Source: a bacterium
GTDB lineage: Bacteria; Hinthialibacterota; Hinthialibacteria; Hinthialibacterales; Hinthialibacteraceae
Length of the DNA: 64,000 nt
Reading direction: 5' to 3'
Assembly (NCBI GenBank): GCA_963662285.2
Contig: CAXXMV010000008.1
Span: forward strand, 576,001 to 640,000
Shown: positions 19,941-32,581 of the stretch, one piece after another
How the letters are laid out: every line of letters begins with the position of its first letter
Position numbering within the stretch: the stretch's first letter is position 1
Notes under the pieces: model-generated
Databases searched by the model: none
Seen by the model: the letters and a program-made list of their open reading frames with translations, nothing else
What the model was told of the DNA's origin: nothing
Position numbers and translations under genes: made by a program

Positions 19941-20044
19941 AATGTATTATTCTTTTTATCGGAAGGGTTTTCAATTTCACCCATCCCATCTCCCGGAGGA
20001 AGAGGGGGATTTGGTTGCCAGACATTTCTGACAGAGATAAAAAC

Positions 20045-20154
20045 GGGTAGATGGGATCGTCTTATAGGCGATTCCATCTACCCTTATTCGTTTCTTCTTT
20101 TCACGCAATAAATATTTTCAAAGAAAACCTCAATCTCTAAAGAGATTGAGGTTT
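20045..20154. terminator. Two hairpins between convergent genes
   Basis: GGGTAGATGGGATCG..CGATTCCATCTACCC (20045-20083) and AAACCTCAATCTCT-AA-AGAGATTGAGGTTT (20125-20154). Confidence 0.75.
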
Positions 20155-20196
20155 CTATGTGTTAAGGTAAGAATAAAATCATATTGCACAGATAGT

Positions 20197-23100
20197 TTAT
20201 GGTTGATAAACAATATCCGTAGAGGTATTGTAAGGGCCATAGAATAGCGGATTTCCATTTTGAGTCAGCAAATAAATACTAAACCCGTATGTCTGACCAG
20301 TTTCCGGTCCATTTCTGAAAATCCTTCCAATTTCCGGATTACCAGATTTCCAAACCATGTAAGTGGATGTCGAATTTCCGGTTTTACCTAAATATTGAGT
20401 ACCGTTTGCGGTTTGAACATACACGTGAATATCTTTGACATTCGACATATCCACTCCGTTGAAATCGAGATTCCACCGTATTATCAAACTGGAATCAGTT
20501 TGAATGACATCTACGCCTGCCGTTTCCAGCGCTTGAATTGGCGTAGGCGTTGCATTGGGATCTACCGTCGGCGTTGCTGTCGGCGTCGGAGTCGCTGTCG
20601 GAGTCGGCGTTGCTTCCACTCCTGGAATAAGTGTCGGGGTATTGGTTGGCGTATTCTCCGGCGTAGGCGTCGCTTCAATTGGTAGATAAACAACATCTGT
20701 CGTTGTTTTGTAAGGTCCATAAAACGCAGGAAGCCCATTATTGGTAAGCACAAAAATACTGAACCTATAGGTTTGACCGATTTCCGGACCATTTTTAAAG
20801 GTTCTTCCAATTTCCTTATTGTTAGCTTTCCAAACCATGTAAGTAGATGTCAAATTCCCGGTTTTACCTAAATAGAAATAGTCGCCAATTCTATTTGCAC
20901 CCTCAAACACAGTTCCATCAACGGCCTGAAGATAAACATGAATATCTTTGACATTCGCCATATTCACATTAGGGAAATCCAGATTCCAACGAATTATCAA
21001 ACTGGATTCACCTTGGATAGCATCCACCCCAGCTGTTTCCAAGGATGGAACTGGCGTAGGCGTCATAGTCGGCATAGGAGTCATTGTCGGCGTCGGCGCC
21101 TCTAATCCTGGTTGGTATACAATACCATTAATGGTTCTATAAGGACCATAAAATGCGGGATTTCCATTTTTGGTCAAAACATAAATACGGAACAGATATG
21201 TTTGACCAATTTTTGGTCCATCTCTAAAGGATGATACGATACCCGGTTTGTTAGCTTTCCATTCTATGAAAGTAGAAGTCGAATTCCCGGTACGACTTAA
21301 GTATTTATAACCATCATTTCCATCACTGTTCTGAACATACACATGAATATCGCTGGTATTATCCAGATCAACTACAGTGGAATCCAAGTTCCAGCGTATT
21401 ATCAAACTGGAATCACCATGAATCACATCCACCGCTGGAGTCGGAATTGGCGACGGTGTAATAGTTGGAGTTGGAGTTGGAGTGTTTTCAACCAATTGAG
21501 GCGTCGGCGTCGGCTCTACTGCTGCCGGTTGGAAAAGAATATCAATTTGGTTTCTGAAAGGACCATAGAATATAGGACTTCCATTTTCGGTCAACACAAA
21601 AATGCTGAACCGATAGGTCTGACCAGCTTGCGGACCATTAATAAAGTTTGAGTTTAACAATTTATTACCGGATTCCCACACCAAGAATGTAGAAGTCGAA
21701 TCTCCTATATGGCCGAGGTAGTAATATCCACCAATTTCGTTAGTATTTTCAAACACAGCCCCATCAGCAGTCTGAAGATACACATGAATATCGTTGATAT
21801 TTTCCAGATCAACTCCAGGGAAATTCAGATTCCAGCGTATTATCAAACCTGTATCAGTTTGAAGTGCATCCACGCTAGCTGTAGCCAGAGCTGGAACTGA
21901 AGTTGGCGTTGATGTCGCTGTTGGTTCCACCGTTGGCGTCGATGTCGCTGTTGGTTCCACCGTTGGCGTCGATGTCGCTGTTGGTTCCACCGTTGGCGTC
22001 GATGTCGCTGTTGGTTCCACCGTTGGCGTCGATGTCGCTGTTGGTTCCACCGTTGGCGTCGATGTCGCTGTTGGTTCCACCGTTGGCGTTGATGTCGCTG
22101 TTGGTTCCACCGTTGGCGTTGATGTCGCTGTTGGTTCCACCGTTGGCGTTGAAGTCGTTGTTGGTTCTTCTATTGGAGTTGACGTTGCAGTGGGTTCCAC
22201 TACTGGCGTCGATGTTGCAGTTGGTTCAACCGTTGGCGTTGGCGTTGGATCTGGAGCTTCAACAGATATTGAGATGCCAGCCTCAGACTGAGCGGCGCCA
22301 TCACTTACAGAAAATACAAAAGAATCACTACCTGCAAATCCCTCGTTTGGCGTATAGGTCAATTCATTACTGCTCAAAATAGTTAGAACACCGTTCGAAG
22401 GCTGTGTAACCACAGTAAATGTATGTATATCTTCTTTATCAATATCATTGTAGGTTAAAGTAACATTCAGTGCAGTGTTTGAAAGCGTACTTAACGACTG
22501 CGCCAAAGCTACAGGAGCATCATTAACCGGAGTTACTGTGATTGATACACTAGCCGCAGAGCTGTATTTTCTTGGATCCAAGTCATGCGTCCTGTATAAG
22601 AAAGAATCGCTGCCGTAGTAATCAGCGTCGGGAATGTAAATTAATGTACCAGCATAGGATTGAAATTCTACCAAACTTCCATGTTGCGGGTTGGATATTA
22701 TCTTATAAGAATAAACGCCTCCATCAGCATCATGACCCTTCAATCTGATTTTAATACTCATGTCTTCCATTGTTGAATAAGACAAAGAAAGGGCGGTCGG
22801 TGGATCATCAACTGACGCTACAGTAATTGATACAGTCGCAGTTCCAGATTGAAGGACTCCATCACTGACCGAATACACAATTGCATCTGACCCGTAATAA
22901 TCTGGATTGGGTGAATAGGTGAGTCCTCCAGTAGAAGCATTAAACTGAGATATGGTTCCATTAGTTGGATTGACGTCAATTCGATAAGTTAAAGAATCTT
23001 CATCAGCATCATTACCTTGTAGCGTCACGTCTGCTGATTGATCTTCATCAGTTGTAACGCTCATATTCTGGACTGTAGGCCGATTGCTTACTGATATTTG

Positions 23101-25470
23101 TATAGTATCAGTGGCTGATGGATTCTGCTCATCATCTGTGGTTAATTCAAGTAAATAAGCGCCCAGTTTAACAGGTTGTAAAATAGGATTGCTCAATGCA
23201 GCATTGGAAAGCTGAGCGATATCGGTATCCGGGCCGGACAATATAATCCATGAATATACATAGGAATTATCACCACCGGTAGCAGAGCCATTGAGTTGAA
23301 CCGTATCACCAAAGGCAACCGCCTGATCAATTCCGGCATCCGCATCAACCTCAGCATTAATTGTCACGGTTACTGTAGCTGTATCGCTCAATCCATTACC
23401 ATCACTTATGGTATATATAAATGAATCGCCGCCGTAATATCCGGTATTGGGCGTATAAGTTGCTTGAGTTCCATTATGGCTTACTGTTCCATTAGCCCCT
23501 TGAGTAACTGAAGTGACAGTCATTGTATTTCCATCAGCATCACTATCGTTGGTCAATACAGAAACATTAACCAAGGTATTTAAAAAAGCGACGGCGCTGT
23601 CATTAACTGCAACCGGCGCATCATTCACATTATTTACTGCGACAGTAAATGATTTATCATAATATAAACTGCCGCTATCCGTGGTGCGAACAATGATTGT
23701 AAGAGAAGAGGTTGATTCGTAATCTATCGCTCCAGTCACAACGATTTGGTTAGTTGATATTCCAAACCGACCACCGGCGTCATCGACCAGGGCATAAGTA
23801 TGCGCGTCGCCAATATCCGGATCAGTAGAAGACAAGGTACAGACTAAAGTTCCAAGTGCGCTGTTCTCATCAACTGTGCCAGGATCAGGAGAAAGAGTGA
23901 TGTTTGTAGGAACCTCATTAACAGGCGTCACGGTTATAGAAAACGTACCTGACGCTGCAGTAGCGCCATTTTCACCACCATCAGACAACGAAAAATCAAA
24001 GTTGCCGGAAGTAGTTTCGCTTCCATCGTGAATATATTTAACCCTGCTATTGTCGATGTCGTCTTGGGTAAATGATGTTATAGCTGTACCTGCGGCGGTT
24101 GTTAATTCCAGTTGGCCGCTGGCCGGGCCGGACATGACAGTATATGTCAAACCTGCGCCACTATCGTCTACATCGCCTTCGTTGAGAACTGAATTTGCAA
24201 TAAAAACAGAAGCGCCTTCATTAACGGTTGAGCCATTGTTAGTTGCTACCATAGGTGAATCGTTGACTGCGTTGACTGTTATAGCAGCAGTTTCATAATC
24301 TGAACTGAACGTAGTTGAACCGCCAACAATTGTTGCATCCGCTGTTGCGCCATTGGTTCCGCTAGTTTGATCCCAGGCATAAAAAGTTATGCCAGCCGTC
24401 CCATTATAATTCAGACCGGGGACAAAACGTATTTTTGTACTTGCATCAGAAGCCAGCAAACAGGCTGTCGCCTGAGAAAGCGTCTCGAATGCAGTCCATC
24501 CGACGCCGGTGCTGAATTCCCAGGCGCCATTAGTATTATCAACGCTGATAACAGCCAAGCCTTCACTGGCGCCGGCATCACCATCCGTTATGCCAGTTCC
24601 ACCCAAACTGCTGATTATGGCTGATACCAGGCTTCCAGCGTTAGTTGTATCATCTTCATTGATGGCCGCAAGCGTTGGATCACCGCTATTATCCAAGGTC
24701 GGCGCTGTATTGGTTTCGTTAACATTGATGGTCATTGTATATGCGGAATTGCTGTAAACGGTTCCATCATGAACTTTGAACTGGAATGTAGTGAATGGAG
24801 TTCCAAATCCAACGCCAGGTTTGTACCGTAACTTGTTTGCATCAATCTCCGCCTTTGTAACTACATCGTTGTTAGATAATTCTTCGCCAGCGTTATATGA
24901 AGCGCTGGCATTTGCATCTTTGTATAGAGTACCAGATCCCGGGGCGACTGTAATCTGCACCTGAGATAATACATCTCCGGCGTCTTCATCGGAAAAAATA
25001 AATTCTGAGGCATTGAAAATTCTTTCTACTTCCTCAGAAATGGTAATGGCATTGTTAGCCGCTGTAGGAGGATCGTTCACATCAGTAACCGTCACAGTAA
25101 ACTGTTCTTCATAGGTTCCTGAATTGTTATCTGTAGTACGTATTCGTACGCTATAACTGGATTTATTTTCATAGTTAAGATCGGCTTTCGCCTTTAGCTG
25201 ATTGCCAACTATCTCGAATAAACTATTGTCTGTATCACCTGTTCCTGAAACCAGGGAGTATGTATGCGTATCTCCACCAGGGACTGGCGTCGGAGTCATT
25301 GTAGGCGTCATTACTGGCGTAGGAGTTGGAGCAATCCCAGGCGTCGCAGTCGGTCCTATCGCTAATGCACTAATAGGAACCATTGCTACACAACTGAAAA
25401 TAGACAATAAAATTATAACCTGTTTGCATAATTGTTTTTGGGATAAATTTGAAAGAACGTTTTGATACAC
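20197..25470 (-). CDS. Large secreted adhesin-like protein: cadherin/Ig (tandem-95-like) domains, Pro/Thr linkers, four C-terminal repeats
   Basis: GGAG RBS + GTG; signal peptide; many VND.P.A junctions; YTPN..Y.G.DSF.Y motifs; 4 x LIIRWNL..IHVY..YLG..GP..GQTY.F..FYGPY. Confidence 0.88.
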   Translation of the reverse strand: MYQNVLSNLSQKQLCKQVIILLSIFSCVAMVPISALAIGPTATPGIAPTPTPVMTPTMTPTPVPGGDTHTYSLVSGTGDTDNSLFEIVGNQLKAKADLNYENKSSYSVRIRTTDNNSGTYEEQFTVTVTDVNDPPTAANNAITISEEVERIFNASEFIFSDEDAGDVLSQVQITVAPGSGTLYKDANASASYNAGEELSNNDVVTKAEIDANKLRYKPGVGFGTPFTTFQFKVHDGTVYSNSAYTMTINVNETNTAPTLDNSGDPTLAAINEDDTTNAGSLVSAIISSLGGTGITDGDAGASEGLAVISVDNTNGAWEFSTGVGWTAFETLSQATACLLASDASTKIRFVPGLNYNGTAGITFYAWDQTSGTNGATADATIVGGSTTFSSDYETAAITVNAVNDSPMVATNNGSTVNEGASVFIANSVLNEGDVDDSGAGLTYTVMSGPASGQLELTTAAGTAITSFTQDDIDNSRVKYIHDGSETTSGNFDFSLSDGGENGATAASGTFSITVTPVNEVPTNITLSPDPGTVDENSALGTLVCTLSSTDPDIGDAHTYALVDDAGGRFGISTNQIVVTGAIDYESTSSLTIIVRTTDSGSLYYDKSFTVAVNNVNDAPVAVNDSAVAFLNTLVNVSVLTNDSDADGNTMTVTSVTQGANGTVSHNGTQATYTPNTGYYGGDSFIYTISDGNGLSDTATVTVTINAEVDADAGIDQAVAFGDTVQLNGSATGGDNSYVYSWIILSGPDTDIAQLSNAALSNPILQPVKLGAYLLELTTDDEQNPSATDTIQISVSNRPTVQNMSVTTDEDQSADVTLQGNDADEDSLTYRIDVNPTNGTISQFNASTGGLTYSPNPDYYGSDAIVYSVSDGVLQSGTATVSITVASVDDPPTALSLSYSTMEDMSIKIRLKGHDADGGVYSYKIISNPQHGSLVEFQSYAGTLIYIPDADYYGSDSFLYRTHDLDPRKYSSAASVSITVTPVNDAPVALAQSLSTLSNTALNVTLTYNDIDKEDIHTFTVVTQPSNGVLTILSSNELTYTPNEGFAGSDSFVFSVSDGAAQSEAGISISVEAPDPTPTPTVEPTATSTPVVEPTATSTPIEEPTTTSTPTVEPTATSTPTVEPTATSTPTVEPTATSTPTVEPTATSTPTVEPTATSTPTVEPTATSTPTVEPTATSTPTVEPTATSTPTSVPALATASVDALQTDTGLIIRWNLNFPGVDLENINDIHVYLQTADGAVFENTNEIGGYYYLGHIGDSTSTFLVWESGNKLLNSNFINGPQAGQTYRFSIFVLTENGSPIFYGPFRNQIDILFQPAAVEPTPTPQLVENTPTPTPTITPSPIPTPAVDVIHGDSSLIIRWNLDSTVVDLDNTSDIHVYVQNSDGNDGYKYLSRTGNSTSTFIEWKANKPGIVSSFRDGPKIGQTYLFRIYVLTKNGNPAFYGPYRTINGIVYQPGLEAPTPTMTPMPTMTPTPVPSLETAGVDAIQGESSLIIRWNLDFPNVNMANVKDIHVYLQAVDGTVFEGANRIGDYFYLGKTGNLTSTYMVWKANNKEIGRTFKNGPEIGQTYRFSIFVLTNNGLPAFYGPYKTTTDVVYLPIEATPTPENTPTNTPTLIPGVEATPTPTATPTPTATPTVDPNATPTPIQALETAGVDVIQTDSSLIIRWNLDFNGVDMSNVKDIHVYVQTANGTQYLGKTGNSTSTYMVWKSGNPEIGRIFRNGPETGQTYGFSIYLLTQNGNPLFYGPYNTSTDIVYQP
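21902..22250 (-). repeat. 30-bp coding tandem repeat ([10 protein letters not shown])n
   Basis: About 8 near-perfect GTTGGCGTYGATGTCGCTGTTGGTTCCACC units plus degenerate ones. Confidence 0.95.
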
Positions 25471-27119
25471 GGTTTTCTCCTATTATTACAACAACTTAAA
25501 ATTAATTTTCTTATTATAAACTAAAACTTATCCTATTATAATTGATTAGTTTATTATTAATCAATTATCAGGGTCAGTTGTGGATAGATCGCCTACTACA
25601 GCGTTGCCTGAGTTTGCCTGTATGGTTAAATTGGTAATGCTGATATCAGTTGGATTATCATTGACGTTGGTTATATCCACATTCACCGTACCCAACGCCA
25701 CATTCGTTCCGCCGCCTGATCCGGTATTTCCGCTATCATTGGCGGTTAATATCAATGTGGTTACATTATCACCCTTTGTATTTGAAGCACCGGTATATTT
25801 GATGTTAGCCGCTGTGTTTAAGAATGTATCGATATTGGCAACAGTACCATTCAACGTCAGCGTCCCTGTTCCTGATCCGCCCACGGTGACGCTGCCGCCT
25901 GTTGAAGCGGTTAGAGTTCCAGCGCCCGCTACGATTGTAAGCGTTATGCTATTGGCGCCCGAATCAACATCGGATAATGTTACTGCTGATAAATCTACAT
26001 TACTTGCGGTATCTTCGGTTACGATAATATCAGTTGGAAGACTGGCGATGACGGGGTCATCATTGACTGCGTTCACGGTAATGTTGGCCGTATCGGTCGC
26101 CGTGCTGAAAGCCATAGCGTTTCCGTTCGTATCGGTATCCGTGGTACCGCCATTCGAACCGCTCGTTGTATCCCATGCGCGAAATGTAATTGCGCTCGAT
26201 ACGGTTCCGTTAAAATTAGCATTTGGCTGGAAATAAATGCGCGTGTTAGCGTCAGCCGCCAGTAAGCGTGAGGCCGATCCGCTGGGCGATCCTAATATGT
26301 TCCATGACGTACCGTTATTTGTACTGTAGCGCCAGCTGCCATTGGTTGCGTTAGACGCTGTTATTGCGATGCCGGTTGATGGTGTCGCGTCGGAATCGGT
26401 CACATTGGATAACGCACCGACTATATCCACGAGCGAAGAAATCAAAGTTCCAACCGCTCCCGAAGGCGCCCCGGCGTCTTCGTTTATTGCTCCCAAAACG
26501 GGAGTCTTTGTGTTATCCAAAACCGGCGCATCGTTTACTGCATTAACTGTGATCGTCGCTTGAATCGCAGAAGATGAATCGGCGCTATCGTTATCTTCCG
26601 CCACTGCCGTGATGGTTCCGCCTCCGTTCGGGCCGCCTGCAACCGTTAAATTCCCTCCCGTCGAGATCGCGAAAGTATCATTGGCATTGGCCCCGCCGTT
26701 GCGGATAAGGCTTAGGCTTGCGCCTGAATAATTCCCGGAGGCGCCGTTCAGCGCGTCAAACTCGGTATCGTTGACCGTTGCATTGCCGTCTAATGTAACC
26801 GCCGAACCGCCTTCCGTATACGCAGAGGTATTATCAACTCCGGCCAACACTGGCGCAGTATTTGAAATCGAAAATAGGATATTATCCAATCCCACACACC
26901 AGCCTGAAGCTCCTGCGTATGAAACAACCATAGACGTAACGTTTATCCAATCGGTTGGATTGAATGTCGCCAAAGAGCCAACAATTGAACCAGAATTGTC
27001 AGCTATTGTAATCGGGGTTCCGGAGGAGGGGGTAAACACATAATTTGTTCCCTCGTTATTATTCTGAAACTCACCTAGTTGAAATCGAGTGATCGTAATG
27101 CCTGTACTAAACGCTAAGG

Positions 27120-29450
27120 TCAGACCTCCTGAGCTCACCCGTGGTTTGCGGTTCTCGCGGGATTTTGTTAGGATACTGGAGGGAAGGCCAATCCTGCAGA
27201 GTATGAGGGAGTTAAAAAAATGCCGCAGACCTTATTACCTCTATTCGCATCAGGCGAAGGATTCATATCCGAGTTGATTTCCTATCAAAAAAAAGATGGA
27301 TCGGTGTACTACTTTCATGCCGGATTACCGGTTTTCAGTCATGGGGAAACCGACCTGAAAAGTTTCCGCATGTTCACCAGCCAGTTGGCGGTCAGTGGAG
27401 TCTGCCGCCAAGTTGACATCGTTAGAGCCTTTGGCATCAGCGCCATCAGTATGAAGCGATGGGTCAAGAAATACCGCGAGGAAGGCCCGGAAGCATTCTT
27501 CAAAACTCCGCGCCGACGCAGCGAACATGTCCTGACGCCGGAGGTGTTGCAAAAAACCCAAGACCTCTTATCGCAGGGCGTGAGCCGTTCCGAAGCAGCG
27601 AAGCAAATGAATCTAAAATCGAATACCTTGTCGAAGGCGATCTGCGCAGGCCGCTTGACCGAACCGGTAAAAAAAAAGACCTGAACGGCAGCAACAAAAG
27701 CCAGCGCAGCGCGGCGGATCATGCCGCTCCCATGGGGATGGGATGTACGCGGGTCGTGGAGCGGGTCTGCGCGGCGACGGGGCAACTCAGCGAAGCGCCC
27801 ACCCGTTTCGAGACCTCGCTGGACGTCTGCAATGGCGGCGTGCTTTGGGCGCTGCCGGCGTTATCGGCCAATGGATTGTTGACCAAAACAGAAGCCTTGT
27901 TCTCCCTGCCCAAAGGTTATTATTCCTGCATTCATATTTTCCTGCTGTTAGCTTTCATGGCCTTGATCCGGATCAAGACCAACGAACAGTTGCGCTATTT
28001 TCCGGCGGGAGAAGGGGGCAAATGGCTGGGATTGGATCGAATCCCCGAAGTGCGGACCTTGCGGGAAAAGATCAAAATCCTGGCGGCGCCCGAATCGGTC
28101 GCGCAATGGAGCCGCATCTTGTCACGGCATTGGATGGATAACAATCCAGAGGCGGCGGGAGTTCTGTATATCGATGGACACGTACGCGTCTATCACGGCT
28201 CGCAAACCCCGCTCCCCAAACGGTACGTGGCGCGCGACCGCTTGTGCATGCGGGGCACGACCGACTATTGGGTAAACGATCAGCAGGGCGATCCGTTCTT
28301 CGTGGTGAGCACGCCGTTCACCGCGGGATTGCTGGATATGTTGAAACGCGAGATCGCGCCGCAACTGCTGCAGGATGTTTCCAACCAGCCCAGCCCGCAA
28401 CAACTCGAAGCGAATCCTTATTGCCATCGGTTTGTCATGATCTTTGACCGTGAGGGATACAGCCCAACCTTCTTCGCGGAGATGCGGACGCTCCGCATCG
28501 CCTGCCAAACCTACAACAAGTATCCCAAAGAAGATTGGCCGGAAGCGGAATTCACCGAGGTCAATGTGGAGATGCCCGGCGGCCATTCATCCCGCATGAA
28601 ATTGGCTGAACGAGGGGTGTTCCTGGGCCGGGTTTTGTGGGTGAGGGAAATCCGGAAACTCACAGAAAGCGGTCACCAAACCTCGGTGATCAGTACGGAT
28701 TACGCCTCTGATTTCACCCGTATTGCGGCGCATATGTTCTCGCGATGGTCACAGGAAAACTTTTTCCGTTATATGATGCAACACTATGGAATTGATCGGC
28801 TTATCGACTACGATCTCGTCAAGCCGGATGATACCGTGAAAGTGGTCAATCCCGCCTATCGTTCTTTGGAAGGCCGGATAAAAAAACAAGCGGGACGATT
28901 GGGAAGAAAGAAGGCGGAGTTTGGAACTTTGGCGCTGACGGAATCCCAGGTGGAGGAGAAAGATATCTTATCCTTTGAACAAAAAAAGGGGGAAATCAAA
29001 GAAGATATCGAGCAGTTGGAGCATGAACTGGCCGGGATGAAGGAGGAACGTAAAACGGTTGACAAGCACTTGCCGCTTAATCAACTGCCGGAGCCGGAAC
29101 GGTTTTTGCAACTCGCTCCGACGCGCAAACAATTTCTCGATGCGATTAAAATGATCGCCTATCGGGCGGAGACGGCCATGGCGATGATTGTGCGAACAAA
29201 ATTGGCCCGAAGCGACGATGCCCGCTCATTGATTCGGGAAATATTTGCGACGGAAGCGGATCTCATTCCGGATGAGGAAAACAAAACCTTAACGGTGCAG
29301 TTGCACCATTTGACCAACCACCTATCGGATCAAGCCGCCCGCAACTTAGCAGCGAATCTCAACGCCACAGAAACCATCTACCCCGGCACGGAATTGCGAC
29401 TAATCTACAAACTGGTATCGGATGAAATTCCACCAGATCAGGAGGTCTGA
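27120..29450 (+). mobile_element. 2331-bp insertion sequence (unclassified DDE-type) with 3-bp TSD
   Basis: Terminal IR TCAGACCTCCTGA / TCAGGAGGTCTGA; AGG duplicated at 27117-27119 and 29451-29453; higher GC than flanks. Confidence 0.92.
27220..29450 (+). CDS. Transposase, OrfA (HTH, 27220-27684) fused to OrfB by a probable -1 frameshift
   Basis: A9G run at 27669-27678; OrfB motifs YIDGHVRVYHG, IFDREG, RWSQENFF; stop TGA lies in the terminal IR. Confidence 0.8.
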
Positions 29451-30812
29451 AGGTATAGGTAACGGTATTGGCAATGACTCCTGGCTCAAGAAAACCGGAA
29501 CTGACTGTAATATTGCCTCCATTGCTCACTGTGGCTGTCATTAAGACGCCATCGACTGTTTCGGTTAATGTGGGTGAATTCATTCCCGTTGCGGTTCCAA
29601 ACCCAAACGTATGCGGATCGACCAATGTGTGGCTGTAAGCAGACAGTGCTTGTAAGGAAAATGGCAGCGTTGAATCGATGTTTCTATCTCCGCAGTTCCA
29701 TTCCAAATCCCAATCCCCGCCGAGTTTACTTGCGCCAGTGCGGTCGCTAGAAGCAGCGATATGAGCCCCGGTTAGATCGGCCAGGCGGGTGATAAATGCT
29801 TCGCCGACAGCACCCGATGCAACATCACATCCCTAGGTATATATAGTAGAATGAACGGTTAATAGATTTTCCCAAAGCGACAATTGGGACGAATCCTCCT
29901 GAATTGATTCTTCGCTGATCTCACTGGAGGCAAATACTAATGCTCCCGGTTTCCCGTGGCTTATGATGTGAATTGAATCAATCCCGGTTCCGTCCTGGTT
30001 TAACCGTTGCAAGGCCTCTGTCATTTGCTCTAGGGCCGGGCATTTCGCATCCAAAATAACGATTTCATGACCGGGCAGCACACCATCAACCAGCATGGAC
30101 CAATCGGATACTCCCTGATCGATAAAAACAATGTTTTTGGAATTCGTGACGTCACAGTCAAATGTAGCAGAATAAACAGAATGACTAGAAAGCAAGAACA
30201 AGACAAAAAGGATTGAGAGATACCCGTTATACAAACGGCTTGAAATGTTGCGCAACAATGACTGATCAATTTTCATTGTGCAAAGTACAAGCGAATTCAA
30301 TACGAACATTATTAACCTTCCAAATTCTAAAATATTTTGATCTTATATATTTGGTAAAACAGTTTTGTTCTATATATAGGAAAAAATATATATAGACGTA
30401 CTAGATTTTCATTTTCCTTTTGTTGGCAAACAGAGAATGATCTGATTACTGTCATTCATGTTGTTTCAAAAGCAACGTGAACTGCAATTTGCCTTTTATT
30501 TTTTGTAATCCTTTATCACTGTTTAAGCAAAAACATTTATATTTATTTGATTAATACGCAATAAATAGTCCACAAAAATATCCATAAAATAAAAAGAACA
30601 TAGAGGTTATAAATAACTTAAATCCATTGAACAAAAAAAATTAACGGAACATGCACCCTGTTTTACGTATTTATTAGTTACAACAATTCATGATTCGGAT
30701 TACTTTCATCATAAAATTAAGAATAATGTTCATCTTCGGTCATCTTCATGACGCTATAGCCATATTAGAGAAAACTTGGTAATGTATTCCGTAAAAAGGA
30801 AATAATGAAATC

Positions 30813-32537
30813 ATGAAAAAAAATATACTGAACATTGTCTTAATAATTCTCGTTTTTGGACTCTCATTCACATTTTTTCCGTTTAGCCCCGCCGCAGAGC
30901 AGATCGATCTGCCCCGCGTGGAAGCCATGCCCAATGAACCTTCGCCTTATGTACTAAGAGACTGGAAGAAAACCGGGCGCGACTATATTCATTTCAGCCT
31001 GGATGAAACCAAACAAGGCGAGCACCTGCCGCTGATGCAGTGGTTGAATGAATCAAATGGATGGAAAATGTTTTTTCTGCCCAGTTACGTCGGCTTGAAG
31101 GAACCTAAGACCGAAGCCATCAATGCCATGGCTTTGGTGGCTTCCGGCGCCCTGTTGGGATTGGATATGACCGATTTCAACGGCACTGATTTCGTTAAAC
31201 TCACCTCCGATTATTTCTATTGCCCGTCCGAAGGAATGTATAGCAACGACCAGGGGGGATGCGGTACTCCCGAATTCTGGTACAAGATTCTACCCAACCT
31301 GCTGTTTTATCAAATAAGCGACCTGCATCCTCAAAGGCATGATTTGAAAACCAAAGTGTTGCGCATTGCGGATCAATTGCATCAAGCCAGCCTATCTCTG
31401 GGAGGATCAAAAGAACCCTGGGCTATTCCTGAATACGAACATTGGTCTTTCGATTTCGCCAAAATGGAATCGCGCAACGACCGCGCCTGGAAAGAAGCTG
31501 GATCAGCTGGGGCCTTCGCCTGGATGAGTTACATGGCATTCAGCGCCGGAGGCGAGCCCAAACACCTGGATACAGCCGATTGGGCTATGGAATATCTATC
31601 CCGCCGGGATATTTCGAAGAATCCTCTTTATGAAATAATGCTGCGTTACGCTCCCATAACCGCAGCACGTATGAACGCCGAACTGGGACGCAACTATGAC
31701 CTTCACAAAATGCTCCTATGGTGCACTGGCGTAAGCGACGGGCGTTACGGCTGGGGCGTTATCAGCGACGCGCCTTGGGGCGATTATGACTGCGACGGCC
31801 TGGCGGGCAGCACCACTGACACTAACGGATACGCCTTTACCATGAATACCTTCCAAGCCGCCAGTACGTCCGTCCCCGTCGTCCGTTACGACCAGCGCTA
31901 CGCCCGGACAATTGGAAAATGGATGCTCAATCTGATCAACGCAGCCCGTTTATTTTACGCCAATGGACTGCCGGGCGATTTGCAGGATAACCAGGCTTGG
32001 TGCGACGCTTATGATCCGAATTATTGCGTGGCCTATGAAGGTTTGCGCAAACATGCAATAGAAAATAACGCCAAACGGCCATACGCCACCGGCGACGCCA
32101 TACGCAACGGGCTTCCCAACAATATCGGGCTTTATGGTTCGTCGCATGTTGGTTTTCTGGCGGCGCTGGTTGAGCCGACCAATGTTGAGAAGATTCTGCA
32201 ACTGGACTGCTTAGCAACAGATTTCTACCATAAGCCAGCCTACCCGACCTACTTGTATTACAATCCGTTTGACGATACCAAAACAGTCAAAATCGATTTG
32301 GGCGCAAGTTCGTTTGATCTTTATGACAGCGTCACTCATACTTTCATAGCGCGAAATGTCAGCAATGCTTATGAATTTAAAATGGCGCCCGATGAAGCAA
32401 TGATTCTTGTTTTAACTCCACCCGAAGGTAAAGTCAGTTATCAGAAAAACAAGTTGCTAATTGATGAGGTAGTAATTGATTACAGGAACGAAGGTAAGCA
32501 ATCAGGCGCCAAAGCGTTTGACGATGATATGGAGTAA
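30813..32537 (+). CDS. Secreted uncharacterised protein, probable (alpha/alpha)-barrel glycan-active enzyme
   Basis: Signal peptide; Trp/Tyr/Asp-rich helical sequence (EFWYKILPN, YAFTMNTF); in an operon with an SSS transporter near GH130. Confidence 0.55.
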   Translation: MKKNILNIVLIILVFGLSFTFFPFSPAAEQIDLPRVEAMPNEPSPYVLRDWKKTGRDYIHFSLDETKQGEHLPLMQWLNESNGWKMFFLPSYVGLKEPKTEAINAMALVASGALLGLDMTDFNGTDFVKLTSDYFYCPSEGMYSNDQGGCGTPEFWYKILPNLLFYQISDLHPQRHDLKTKVLRIADQLHQASLSLGGSKEPWAIPEYEHWSFDFAKMESRNDRAWKEAGSAGAFAWMSYMAFSAGGEPKHLDTADWAMEYLSRRDISKNPLYEIMLRYAPITAARMNAELGRNYDLHKMLLWCTGVSDGRYGWGVISDAPWGDYDCDGLAGSTTDTNGYAFTMNTFQAASTSVPVVRYDQRYARTIGKWMLNLINAARLFYANGLPGDLQDNQAWCDAYDPNYCVAYEGLRKHAIENNAKRPYATGDAIRNGLPNNIGLYGSSHVGFLAALVEPTNVEKILQLDCLATDFYHKPAYPTYLYYNPFDDTKTVKIDLGASSFDLYDSVTHTFIARNVSNAYEFKMAPDEAMILVLTPPEGKVSYQKNKLLIDEVVIDYRNEGKQSGAKAFDDDME

Positions 32538-32581
32538 CTGAATAATACTCTAACCTACAGCGTTTGGATGGAGAATTGTAA

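Larger units (their letters stand above)
25561..30309 (-). pseudogene. DUF4347/cadherin-like adhesin gene, broken by an in-frame TAG (29833-29835) and an IS (27120-29450)
   Basis: IVFIDQGV..IHIISHG..TIYT*GCDVA..LADLTGAHIAAS..GGDWDLEW; removing the IS plus one AGG rejoins NTVTYT-LAFSTG in frame (about 804 codons). Confidence 0.85.

Noticed and set aside
21903-22382. 159-aa repetitive plus-strand ORF ([10 protein letters not shown])n
   Set aside because: Antisense shadow of the PT repeat
25580-27043. Plus-strand ORFs within the adhesin genes
   Set aside because: Antisense frames of Thr/Ala/Gly-rich coding DNA
29833-29835. Pyrrolysine or amber recoding
   Set aside because: The position corresponds to a conserved Tyr, other genes here end normally in TAG, no pyl genes are seen, and the gene is IS-disrupted anyway
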